Part shown: one piece after another, positions 8,150 through 16,832 of the stretch | How positions within the stretch are numbered: position 1 is the first letter of the stretch | Layout of the letters: each line of letters begins with the position of its first letter | Sequence record: ON470602 | Origin: Escherichia phage vB_EcoS-885R8 | Length of the DNA: 22,017 bases | Direction: 5' to 3' (one strand) | Position numbers and translations under genes: made by a program | Notes under the pieces: model-generated | The model's database searches: none | What the model saw: only the letters and a program-made list of their open reading frames with translations | What the model was told of the DNA's origin: nothing

Positions 8150-9112
8150 TCAACTAATCGCATCAGCACTGGCTTTTGCGATCACGGCAGTCGGGGAGCA
8201 TTTTTTTCTGGTTATCGTAGGTGCTTCATCTGCTGCGGTAATGCTCAATTGAACCTGGATAATGTCAGTATTACCCCCATCAGGCCATTCACCTGACACC
8301 TGAACCTTCGGGAAACTGAAAGTGTATGCCCCCTCTCCATTCGAAAGCGTGAAGCTGAACGGAACTGTTTCTCCAGTCAGTGTTTTACTCCAGATTTCCC
8401 ACGCGGCTTTAGACCATGAAAGCGTCACCGTACCGGACGGTGTAAAAGTAGTCGGAATATTTGCTCCTGCATAAGGCGAGCCAGTCCCGATACAACGCTG
8501 TGTCTGGAGTTTGTTATCGAACTGAATATCAAAACTGTCGATACAAAAACCGTTACCTCCGGCAACACCATTCAGGCTTACTGCTGAAACCTCCTTAAAC
8601 GAATAGCGTAACTTTCCTGCACTATCCACAGGTTTGCCTTTGATAAAATTCGTATCATCGGCCTTTGTTTCCCAGCCCAGCCCGGCAAAGGTTACGGTCG
8701 CTGTAATATCGCCGTCGTTAGGGATCTGCATTTTCCATGAGCCAACCTGCGCTCCTCTGACGACAGAGGCAATTCCGACATCGGACGCATAGGTCGCCAG
8801 AGAAAATGTTATTCGCTCATTCCCCATTGTCAGAGAATCGCCTGACCATTCCGCGCCGAAACAGGATGCAAGAAAATCATCATGTTGACCCCAGCGAAAT
8901 TTGGTACCAACATCACCGCCGACATCCACAGTGCCAGGCGTCGCCCCCTGAGCCATCCGGGAGCCACCAATCTCATTATTTTCGCCTTTATTCTGGGTGG
9001 GTTTTACTCCCCAGCTTGTGCGTTTTAATAAACTCCAGTCACCACTTGCTGGCGTAGTGCCTGCAACTGTCTCCCGGATAAATGCCGAGATAACCTTTGC
9101 ACCTGAACTCAC
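8150..9112 (-). CDS. major tail (tube) protein
   Basis: 320-aa ORF in the canonical position between the tail terminator and the chaperones; Gly/Thr/Ser-rich beta-type composition. Confidence 0.75.
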   Translation of the reverse strand: MSSGAKVISAFIRETVAGTTPASGDWSLLKRTSWGVKPTQNKGENNEIGGSRMAQGATPGTVDVGGDVGTKFRWGQHDDFLASCFGAEWSGDSLTMGNERITFSLATYASDVGIASVVRGAQVGSWKMQIPNDGDITATVTFAGLGWETKADDTNFIKGKPVDSAGKLRYSFKEVSAVSLNGVAGGNGFCIDSFDIQFDNKLQTQRCIGTGSPYAGANIPTTFTPSGTVTLSWSKAAWEIWSKTLTGETVPFSFTLSNGEGAYTFSFPKVQVSGEWPDGGNTDIIQVQLSITAADEAPTITRKKCSPTAVIAKASADAIS

Positions 9113-9138
9113 AGAAGCCTCCTATGTCATTAATTGCG

Positions 9139-9531
9139 CTAGAGCGCGCGATATGGAATTTGAAGATTAAGCTGGAACCAGCCATTCTTTTCGCCGACGG
9201 CTATTGAGGAAACAGCCTGGTAACTGAGACGATCGTCATCCTGAAACTCAAACAGTTCCCGCAATTTATCGGCTGTCTCAGTAATGAGTTTTGAACCAGA
9301 ACCTGCGGGGACAAATAACTGAATAATGATTATCCCCGTGCGATAAACAACCGGCCCCGCGCCAATTTCATTAACCCCAGCCTGCCCGGGAATATTACTT
9401 AACCGCGCCCAGATTAACTTACCGGAAGGATCGAACGTTGGCCCGTTCGGATACAATACGTCTTTTCCATCAATAATCGTCTGTGCCGTCATTCTGGAAA
9501 TAACCGTATTTCTGATTTCAGTAAACTTCAT
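9139..9531 (-). CDS. tail terminator / tail completion protein (gpU-like position)
   Basis: 130-aa ORF immediately 5' of the major tail gene; role assigned by synteny. Confidence 0.55.
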   Translation of the reverse strand: MKFTEIRNTVISRMTAQTIIDGKDVLYPNGPTFDPSGKLIWARLSNIPGQAGVNEIGAGPVVYRTGIIIIQLFVPAGSGSKLITETADKLRELFEFQDDDRLSYQAVSSIAVGEKNGWFQLNLQIPYRAL

Positions 9532-9908
9532 TTGTAAGCCTGTAAAACACCATAAAAAGCGTTGGCATACACGCCAGTTGGCGCTTGTTGTGAATGACCG
9601 TTTTCAAGAGCCTCTGCATAAGGAAGGTTATTCTGGATATAAATAACCCCGTAATTTGCAGCTTTCGAAATAACCCCGATCCCACGCTGAACAGCAATCG
9701 TACCGTTCGGATCCACGTTATCAGATATACCAAAATCGGGATGCTGTAACGACACCAGGTTGTTATTTCTGAAACGTCCGGTATCAACCGGAGCAGCAAT
9801 ATCAATAGCAGTAAGAATCTGCATAGCGATGTAGCGAATCTTCAGCCCTACATCTTCCTCAATCATCCCGGCAAATATTGACGGTTCTATATCCCATGCC
9901 TTTGCCAT
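9528..9908 (-). CDS. head-tail joining protein (HK97 gp10-like / tail completion family)
   Basis: 126-aa ORF; 4-nt overlap with the next gene; ...PVDTGRFRNN... resembles the HK97 gp10-family pattern as I remember it. Confidence 0.55.
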   Translation of the reverse strand: MAKAWDIEPSIFAGMIEEDVGLKIRYIAMQILTAIDIAAPVDTGRFRNNNLVSLQHPDFGISDNVDPNGTIAVQRGIGVISKAANYGVIYIQNNLPYAEALENGHSQQAPTGVYANAFYGVLQAYK

Positions 9909-10292
9909 TTACGCTCTCCTTAACTGGATAGAGTAAACTGATGCGGAAGGATCTAAACTTGCTGTAATTACCTCGTATCGTTGTAACTGCCTTGATACAG
10001 GATCATAAATCTCAATAATATGGTCGACAGCTGGTTTATCCGTAACCTCGCATACCAGAGCGGTTAATTTAAGGTCACCATGCAAAATATTAATCCCATC
10101 AATTCTGCCCAGCTTATAACGTGTCAACACGCCTCGCCCGGTATAGATTGCGGTGGATTCGCCGCCAGTTTCCGTCACAGGATCCCAGTGCCGGTGCGTA
10201 ACGTAATAACCAGAAAAATCACTCACGGCGTCCGCTAAATCCTCATCAAAAGCAGCGGCAACCTCTGACTGAATCTCTTCACGAAGCCCCAT
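9909..10292 (-). CDS. head closure / head-tail adaptor protein
   Basis: 127-aa ORF, start codon abutting the upstream connector gene stop; synteny. Confidence 0.55.
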   Translation of the reverse strand: MGLREEIQSEVAAAFDEDLADAVSDFSGYYVTHRHWDPVTETGGESTAIYTGRGVLTRYKLGRIDGINILHGDLKLTALVCEVTDKPAVDHIIEIYDPVSRQLQRYEVITASLDPSASVYSIQLRRA

Positions 10293-10687
10293 TATCCCCC
10301 CCTCACAACCCTGACTTGTGAGCGACTAAGTCCGTACGGTTTCAGCAGTGCTATCGCAAGCTGTAAATCGGGTTCAAGCAATGCAGTGCTGTTTGCTGGC
10401 AACTCAGAAAATGATTTCGATACACTGACCCCGTCAGCCGACACGGCTTTACTGATAACAACGCCAGAATCATTTTTCTGCTGAAACAACTTACCAAATG
10501 AGGCAATTCTGGCTGCATATGCTCCCGCAAGTTTTACCTCTTCCGGAATACGGGATGGGTTAATTTTCAGGTTGAAGCCATTAAGCCAGGCATTAGCCAT
10601 TAAAACAGCTTTATTTTTAGCGTTCTCACTCGTCCAGGCGTTCCCAAACGCATTATCAACGTCATCACAGGTCACGTAAGTGATCAT
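10292..10687 (-). CDS. head-tail connector protein (gp6-like)
   Basis: 131-aa ORF with AGGAG 7 nt upstream of the ATG; first gene after the capsid gene; synteny. Confidence 0.55.
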   Translation of the reverse strand: MITYVTCDDVDNAFGNAWTSENAKNKAVLMANAWLNGFNLKINPSRIPEEVKLAGAYAARIASFGKLFQQKNDSGVVISKAVSADGVSVSKSFSELPANSTALLEPDLQLAIALLKPYGLSRSQVRVVRGG

Positions 10688-10735
10688 GTGTTACTCCTGA
10701 GTTTTCCAGCCCATAGCCTTCCAGTTGTCAACTTC

Positions 10736-10867
10736 ATCAGGATGAACATTAGCGATAGTTGGTGCGCCGGGAAACATCTGATAATCGGTCACCATAACCA
10801 CTAACTCAATTTGCGTTTTTTGTGCGGCTTCACGCTGTGCTCTTTGCTCTTTAGTTAATCCGGCCAT
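10736..10867 (-). CDS. hypothetical small protein (43 aa) between capsid and connector genes
   Basis: my translation gives MAGLTKEQRAQREAAQKTQIELVVMVTDYQMFPGAPTIANVHP; ATG preceded by a G6 run; below the ORF-track length cutoff. Confidence 0.3.
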
Positions 10868-10876
10868 ATGCCCCCC

Positions 10877-10899
10877 ATTAAAAATGGGGCCGAAGCCCC
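10877..10899 (-). terminator. intrinsic terminator-like hairpin just 3' of the major capsid gene
   Basis: minus-strand RNA GGGGC-UUCG-GCCCC followed by AUUUUUAAU. Confidence 0.5.
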
Positions 10900-10909
10900 G
10901 TTTGAATGT

Positions 10910-12049
10910 TTAACCAAGAATCAGACAACCATGTGCCGGCTTCACTGATGAAACACCCCATGCCAGTCCAACTTCATAGCGCACCTGGCGATACTGACGA
11001 TACAGTGCAATCTGGAACGTAATCCCTGAAATCGGGTCCGTAACATTCATTACATCATCAGCATTATCGCCACCTTCCGGCATTGCCGGAGTACGGGATG
11101 CCAGCAGAAACGCGTTGCGATCAAACGCCATATTTGCAGTAAAGGCCCCAACAACTGTGATGGCAGTATCATCGGCCAGATCCTGACGCAGTCCGGGCGC
11201 TGCAAGAGTAATCAGATTGCTGGTCGCTGCTGCCACAACATACTGATTCGGATCACCAGCGAACGTAACAATCTGACCTGCAGAAATACTCCCCGAACCA
11301 GTATCAATGGAAATAAGAACATCGCCTTCTTTTTTCTCTCCATTCACGAGATAACCAGTTGCAGCAACCTTTGGCGCTCGTTTCACACCTGCCGAACTGT
11401 GAATATTGAATCCCTCCAGACGCCCCAACACGCCCTCACGCAGTAGCTGTTCAGTGCCGGATTCATTCACTTTAAACAATACAGACTGTTTTCCGCGCAA
11501 ATTAGCAATGGCAGTGGAGCCAAGCACCATCTGCAGATCGGTTGTCGGTGCGCCGTTATCCTCCAGAACCTGACGAGCCAGAGCAGCATCAGAAAGATCA
11601 TCTTTAACACCAAACGGCGTTGTCCCTGCGGTTCCCACGGCGCGGGAAGCACCGAAATACAACGCACCAAGATCAGCCTCAACCTCGTTTGCAAGGGCGC
11701 GAAAAGCCTGCTTGAACTGATCAGCCAGAATGGTGTTGTAAGTCCCTGAAGGACCAAGAGCCAGTTGTTCTTCACCATTCCATTTAACCGGTGCCATTTT
11801 GGATTTAGTAATTTTTACATCAACAGTGCCAATATTTTGATCACCGGTATTCGGAGCTGACGGCCCCGGTACGATATCTTCGGTTTTCGCCTCAGGCGCA
11901 ACTGGCGCGGTTACCGTCTGATCTTTTGCTGCGGCGTCAGCTTTTGCGTTTTTTGCTACCGCAGGGATAAAACCTACCTGCTCACGGGATACAACATCCA
12001 GGGCGGTATAAATAGTCGGGATCAACCCGGTCAGGGTATTTCCAGCCAT
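10910..12049 (-). CDS. major capsid protein (HK97-fold, possibly P22-coat-like); track ORF extends to 12142 but MAGNTLTGL... with an AAGGA RBS is the likely start
   Basis: about 380-aa protein after the scaffold gene, followed by a terminator; C-terminal ...GITFQIALYRQYR... loosely recalls the P22 coat C-terminus. Confidence 0.8.
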   Translation of the reverse strand: MAGNTLTGLIPTIYTALDVVSREQVGFIPAVAKNAKADAAAKDQTVTAPVAPEAKTEDIVPGPSAPNTGDQNIGTVDVKITKSKMAPVKWNGEEQLALGPSGTYNTILADQFKQAFRALANEVEADLGALYFGASRAVGTAGTTPFGVKDDLSDAALARQVLEDNGAPTTDLQMVLGSTAIANLRGKQSVLFKVNESGTEQLLREGVLGRLEGFNIHSSAGVKRAPKVAATGYLVNGEKKEGDVLISIDTGSGSISAGQIVTFAGDPNQYVVAAATSNLITLAAPGLRQDLADDTAITVVGAFTANMAFDRNAFLLASRTPAMPEGGDNADDVMNVTDPISGITFQIALYRQYRQVRYEVGLAWGVSSVKPAHGCLILG

Positions 12050-12147
12050 AATTAAATATTCCTTAAAAATTTGCGTAATTGTGAATAGATGGAGTAATGA
12101 GCTATCCAGCCCTGACACCAGCTCCCATCCGGAAGCTGACAAATGTG

Positions 12148-12912
12148 TTAATCAACGATTGTGATACCGTCTTTCAATGCGTTTTGCTTACCTGCAACAT
12201 CCAGTGCATCAAAAGCAGAGCGTTTCATCGTTTTCTGACCAATATCATGCTGTGTCGGACGGGAGCCGCCGCCATTGTTGCCACTGGCTTTCAGGATGTA
12301 GTCTTTCTGAGGGTAATTTTCGACAAGGAACTCCAGCGCCTCATCAAACTGCGCCAGTTCGCCAGGCTTCGCGCGGGAATAAATTTTGTTGCCGGAAGCG
12401 TCATAAGCAACGATCCTCCCTTCTTCCACTTTGAATGCCTGCCCGAAGCGTGATTGTAATAAATCTGCCGGGATCGCAATTTTATCGGCAATATATTTTG
12501 AACCCGCAAAACTACCGCCAATCATAGAATCGTAAAGCTGCTTCTCCAGCATCTGAGAGCGTTGCTTTTCTTCATCTAATTGCTGCTGAAAATTTTTCGT
12601 AATTTCTGCCTTAACCTGGTCAACCTGTCCCGCATCGAGCAGCTTTTTCTGGTCGATTTTTGACAGCATTTCCAGTGCCTCGATCGCCTTCTTCGGGTCT
12701 TCGATAGCGGCAAACTTAGCCAGTTTTTCCTCTGCAGCTTCTTTAGCCAGGCGATGATTTTTTGCCTCGCTATTAAGCTCTGTAATTTTTTTTGTCGCCA
12801 GCGGTGCATCGAAGCCAATTTCTTTACCATCGTCGTGCACATAAACTGGCAGGCCAGCAGTATCAATTTCTGCGTATTGTTTTCCGTTAATCTCGACCGT
12901 TTTCAGTTTCAT
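12148..12912 (-). CDS. capsid scaffolding protein (likely start MKLKTVEINGKQY at 12912; track ORF extends to 12984)
   Basis: charged, coiled-coil-like protein (…AKEAAEEKLAKFAAIEDPKKAIEALEMLSKIDQKKL...) between the Mu F-like gene and the capsid gene. Confidence 0.6.
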   Translation of the reverse strand: MKLKTVEINGKQYAEIDTAGLPVYVHDDGKEIGFDAPLATKKITELNSEAKNHRLAKEAAEEKLAKFAAIEDPKKAIEALEMLSKIDQKKLLDAGQVDQVKAEITKNFQQQLDEEKQRSQMLEKQLYDSMIGGSFAGSKYIADKIAIPADLLQSRFGQAFKVEEGRIVAYDASGNKIYSRAKPGELAQFDEALEFLVENYPQKDYILKASGNNGGGSRPTQHDIGQKTMKRSAFDALDVAGKQNALKDGITIVD

Positions 12913-12969
12913 ATTAGTACCTGGTTTAAGTCTTCCGACAGTTACGCTGCTCACCATCCGGATCGCAGC

Positions 12970-12996
12970 AATAAAAAAGGCCACCCGAAGGTAGCC
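12970..12996 (-). terminator. intrinsic terminator between the Mu F-like gene and the scaffold gene
   Basis: minus-strand RNA GGCUACC-UUCG-GGUGGCC (7-bp stem with one G-U pair) followed by UUUUUUAUU. Confidence 0.6.
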
Positions 12997-13016
12997 TGTT
13001 GTAATAAATGATTTAT

Positions 13017-14132
13017 TTAAATCCCTGCTTTTCTGAATACCTGTGCATCACGCTCACGGAGCTGCTTCAGCGTCAGCCATTCGCCTTTATCGGTGTAAAA
13101 TTCATCTGGCGACATACCACCATCCCGAATCAGCTTTGCTCGGGTTTCCCCCACAATCTGTTTTTGTCTGGTGTAAGGCTGACGCAAAAACCATTCCCTG
13201 TAGGTTGTATCTCCGGCCACCACGCCATCCATGCTGGCCCGCTCAGCCGGGGAAATATCGCGAACATCAATACCCAGTTCCTTCGCTGATTTCAGAATGA
13301 ACGTTTCCGTTGAGCGGCAGCAGAAATGAATTTTTCCCGGCCCCTGCAAATAAGGCACGCTGTGACCTACAGGTTTATTATTCAGCGTATATTTGAGGCG
13401 ATCCCTGATTCGACATTGTGGCGTAGTACGATTATCAAGCGTTGATAACCATTGCTTACCCTTAATCAAATCATTATTCGCGCTGGCAAAACTCTCACGG
13501 GCAGTAGCAGCAAGATGTCCAACCGCTGTTTTTGCAATGCTGGCCGCATTAGCCCGGCTCATCTGCAATGCACCATCCTGAAATCCCTTACTGACATGTC
13601 CCCGAATTTTTCTTGCGATCTGCTCATTGGTATCCCCCAGCAAAAAACCCTGACGCACTGTATTTGTTATGCGTCTGAGCCGATCCGCCTCAAGATCTGA
13701 GGCCCACTCACTGAGCAGTCGTCCCTGAAATGGTCGCGCCATTGCAGCGGCATAAAGTGCATCAGGAGAGATACCAACCAGAGGGTGAACATCAGCAACA
13801 AAATCAGGTAGCATAGAATCAAACAGACTTAACTGATAACCAGCCTCATAAATTGCCAGCTCGTTCAGCTCTCCGGAGAGACTGGTAAACATGCTGTTAA
13901 TAGCAGTGCGGTTAACCTCTCTGACGCTCGCCAGAAGTGACTCCAGGCGCTTAACGGTAAAACTACCTGGATCGAGGCTGTCCAGTGCTATCAGCAGGCG
14001 AGCAGTAAGTTCCGCATCGCTGTCATTCAGTATTTTCACCATTCTGGCAGCCACGCCAGTGCTATAGCGGGATATCCAGACTGCATGAGCAATTGATTCA
14101 TCACGCAGCCGTTCATTCACGGTTTGCATCAT
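13017..14132 (-). CDS. minor head protein, Mu F-like / SPP1 gp7 family
   Basis: 371-aa ORF with the Mu F-like C-terminal pattern (...TTPQCRIRDRLKY..., ...CRSTETFILKSAKELG...); follows the portal gene and overlaps its end by 20 nt. Confidence 0.75.
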   Translation of the reverse strand: MMQTVNERLRDESIAHAVWISRYSTGVAARMVKILNDSDAELTARLLIALDSLDPGSFTVKRLESLLASVREVNRTAINSMFTSLSGELNELAIYEAGYQLSLFDSMLPDFVADVHPLVGISPDALYAAAMARPFQGRLLSEWASDLEADRLRRITNTVRQGFLLGDTNEQIARKIRGHVSKGFQDGALQMSRANAASIAKTAVGHLAATARESFASANNDLIKGKQWLSTLDNRTTPQCRIRDRLKYTLNNKPVGHSVPYLQGPGKIHFCCRSTETFILKSAKELGIDVRDISPAERASMDGVVAGDTTYREWFLRQPYTRQKQIVGETRAKLIRDGGMSPDEFYTDKGEWLTLKQLRERDAQVFRKAGI

Positions 14133-15519
14133 TGATTTCCATCAGCATTACACTCTGATTTTTTAATTCATCGATCACTTCCTCTGGACGGGAATCCTGA
14201 TCGATAAATTTCAACGCCTGCAACACCCGAATCGCATCAATCTGACGTATATCACCGCCCTGACGCAATGACTGAACAGCCAGCGCGGAGGATGAGTCAA
14301 ACACCTGGGCAGATACATCCAGTTCAGTGCGCACATCCACATTGCCACCGCAACTCTCTCCGATCCATTCCGCCATTATCTGGAGAATATTATCGAGGGC
14401 ATCTTCGAGGGAGTTCGCCATTGTATAAAGCGGCGAGTTTTCCTGCATTCGCTCTTCATTAGTCTGATCAACAGATTTGGTGGATGTATTTTCAGCACGC
14501 AGAAGTTTAGCGCCGGCATGACGCATCTGATTTTCCAGCTTCTCAAGTGATGTTTCGCCAGATTCTATCGCTGCGCCACTATGTTCAACATATTCGAGGC
14601 CATTTTTTGTTCTGTCCTCAAAAATCGTAGCGGTGGATGCACCAACCGTCAGTTCTTCATTCCTGTCCAGCCCGTAGGCCACCAGCAATGGAACGCGGGC
14701 AACATGAAGAATATTGTCCTGCTCGCTCTGGCTTTGCCAGTGCTTGATATTCAGCAAGCCAAGATTAAGCAATGGCGGTGTACCACGCATAAATCCTGTT
14801 TTCTTCGTGTACAGTGTTACCAGAGGAATATCATCACGGCTGGTATTCCATGACTCATGAAGCGTCCAGACAGATTCGCCATTAGTGCCTTCGCTACGTC
14901 GATAAATTTCAACTCGACGGGGCATAATATGGCGGATCTGCTCCACCTTCTTCTGCCCGAAATCATCACCATCAATAATGATGACCTCTTTTATACGCAA
15001 ATCAGTGAGAACAACTTTCCCTTTTTCAACTTTCGATTTCCATCCAATAACCTGGCGTGGATTCAGCATCGTAACGTACGGACGACTACCGGCCGCGTTT
15101 TCATCGGCTTTTGTCCGAATCTCTTTCATATCCGTTCGTGGATAGTCCACCAGCGCATGTGCCACACCATACTGAAATGCGAGGCTGAAAAATTGCTGCG
15201 CCCACACATCCAGTCGGCTTCCCTCCATGTCGATATTTTCTGCATATTCCCTGATTTTTGCCGGCGTTTCCTCACTCAATACTGTCGGCTCTGCAAATAT
15301 GCGCCCAATATTTTGCTTGATGCTTTCTTCATACACAGGAAGTAGCGTAGCCACAGACAGGCGTTTTTTATAAGCGTCTTCATCTTCGTTAGGCCATTTT
15401 GGGAGATAATTTTCCCCCTGCCTGCGCATTTCAAGCGTACCGCCCATCAGTGCGTCGTTAATATCCCACGCCTCCAGCATATCGTTATAGTCGAGGTTGG
15501 GTGTTGATATATCAGCCAT
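14113..15519 (-). CDS. portal protein
   Basis: 468-aa ORF directly 3' of the large terminase gene and 5' of the Mu F-like gene; size and position typical of portals. Confidence 0.75.
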   Translation of the reverse strand: MADISTPNLDYNDMLEAWDINDALMGGTLEMRRQGENYLPKWPNEDEDAYKKRLSVATLLPVYEESIKQNIGRIFAEPTVLSEETPAKIREYAENIDMEGSRLDVWAQQFFSLAFQYGVAHALVDYPRTDMKEIRTKADENAAGSRPYVTMLNPRQVIGWKSKVEKGKVVLTDLRIKEVIIIDGDDFGQKKVEQIRHIMPRRVEIYRRSEGTNGESVWTLHESWNTSRDDIPLVTLYTKKTGFMRGTPPLLNLGLLNIKHWQSQSEQDNILHVARVPLLVAYGLDRNEELTVGASTATIFEDRTKNGLEYVEHSGAAIESGETSLEKLENQMRHAGAKLLRAENTSTKSVDQTNEERMQENSPLYTMANSLEDALDNILQIMAEWIGESCGGNVDVRTELDVSAQVFDSSSALAVQSLRQGGDIRQIDAIRVLQALKFIDQDSRPEEVIDELKNQSVMLMEINDANRE

Positions 15520-15521
15520 AA

Positions 15522-16832
15522 TTAAATCCGAAGTGATGTGACTCTTCCGGTCGGTTTGACAATAGGGAATTGCTTAACGATGAAATAACCTCCGGCATCA
15601 TTCGGGTGATCATTGCCAGATTTTTTATCAGGCTCCCCCTTCTCATCCCAGACCTGTTGCTCCAGAGATTCGGCATATAACGGGCAACGCTTCACATTAA
15701 CTTTATAGCGACGCTCACCATTGGCATTGCAGAACATTGCATTCATTGAGTTAACGCGATCTTTTACTGGCGGGTTCGAGCTGTTCACCACAACGTTAAA
15801 ACCAGCCTGCTTAAGCTGGGCTATATCCGTCGTACTTGCGTTACTTGATTTTCTGGAATCCCCGGAAGCATCTGGATAAATATAAATTTCCCTCACTTTC
15901 CGGTAATCATTCCCATCATACAGCCAGAAGCGTTCTTTAATGATGCGGATCATATCCGGCGTATCGTAGGCATTGATGATTTCAGTTACCGCACATGGAA
16001 GCCCCAAACGCAGCACATGGACGATTCCCGCCATCTTTCCAACGTTAAAATCCATCCCAATATAAATCGGCTCCCCTGGCTGCTCCACTTCTTCGCAATT
16101 ATTCAGTTTCCGGTCAAACTGATGGTAAACAGTACCACTTGTCAGGTTAGTAAACTGTCCTCGCAGATAGGCTTTAATCAGCTCTGGAGGGTATGATTCA
16201 AGAAGCGAAGGAATGTAATCTGCTGGCAGGTTCTTTTCATTATCGAAAGTAGATGCCTGCACCAGACCATACAGTGAGGCCAGCTCTGTTTTTTCACGCA
16301 CGGCTTTAACAAACTGCTCGTAGACAAATTTGAATCCTTCCGGCGTGGTTGTAACGTCAATACCGTTGCGAAGTCCATCAATCTTATAACGCATACGCGC
16401 AATTATCTTGCGCCACGCCGTTCTGGCTTTTTCCTTCGGCAAAATGTCCAGTTCATCCACCAACGCATTACCAATTTTGAAACCGACGATCGTTTGTGGC
16501 TTCTCCATCGATCTGCAGATAGTGGTTCCCCGATACTGGCGTCCGTAATAAAAGTGAACCTCTTTATTTCCCTCATTAATTTTTACGTTCAATCCCCAGT
16601 CAGCAGCAACTTCTTCCACTGTAGGGTAAAAAATATCGCGAATTTGGGGATACGTTGGCGCAAAATATCCCTGATTTATACCTGGATGCTCCCAAATCCC
16701 CTTGCATATGCCGCCACACCCAACCCATGTTTTGCCCGAGCCAAAACCAGCAATATAGGCTTTAAATTTATGGGGCATTGAAAGAAATCGCGCCTGAGGC
16801 ACATTAAGCGTCGGAGAGATCATCTTCATCAC
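15522..16832 (-). CDS. terminase large subunit
   Basis: 436-aa ORF with a Walker A-like motif (AGFGSGKT) near the N-terminus and acidic nuclease-type motifs later (IYIGMDFN..., IYIYPDASG...). Confidence 0.85.
   Translation of the reverse strand: MMKMISPTLNVPQARFLSMPHKFKAYIAGFGSGKTWVGCGGICKGIWEHPGINQGYFAPTYPQIRDIFYPTVEEVAADWGLNVKINEGNKEVHFYYGRQYRGTTICRSMEKPQTIVGFKIGNALVDELDILPKEKARTAWRKIIARMRYKIDGLRNGIDVTTTPEGFKFVYEQFVKAVREKTELASLYGLVQASTFDNEKNLPADYIPSLLESYPPELIKAYLRGQFTNLTSGTVYHQFDRKLNNCEEVEQPGEPIYIGMDFNVGKMAGIVHVLRLGLPCAVTEIINAYDTPDMIRIIKERFWLYDGNDYRKVREIYIYPDASGDSRKSSNASTTDIAQLKQAGFNVVVNSSNPPVKDRVNSMNAMFCNANGERRYKVNVKRCPLYAESLEQQVWDEKGEPDKKSGNDHPNDAGGYFIVKQFPIVKPTGRVTSLRI

Noticed and set aside
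9518-9805. Minus-strand ORF 9518..9805 (95 aa)
   Set aside because: Alternative frame fully inside the better-supported 9528..9908 head-tail joining gene
11467-11778. Minus-strand ORF 11467..11778 (103 aa)
   Set aside because: Out-of-frame ORF nested inside the major capsid gene
12097-13700. Plus-strand ORFs across the capsid, scaffold and Mu F-like genes
   Set aside because: All are antisense to long, syntenic minus-strand structural genes and have no ribosome-binding sites
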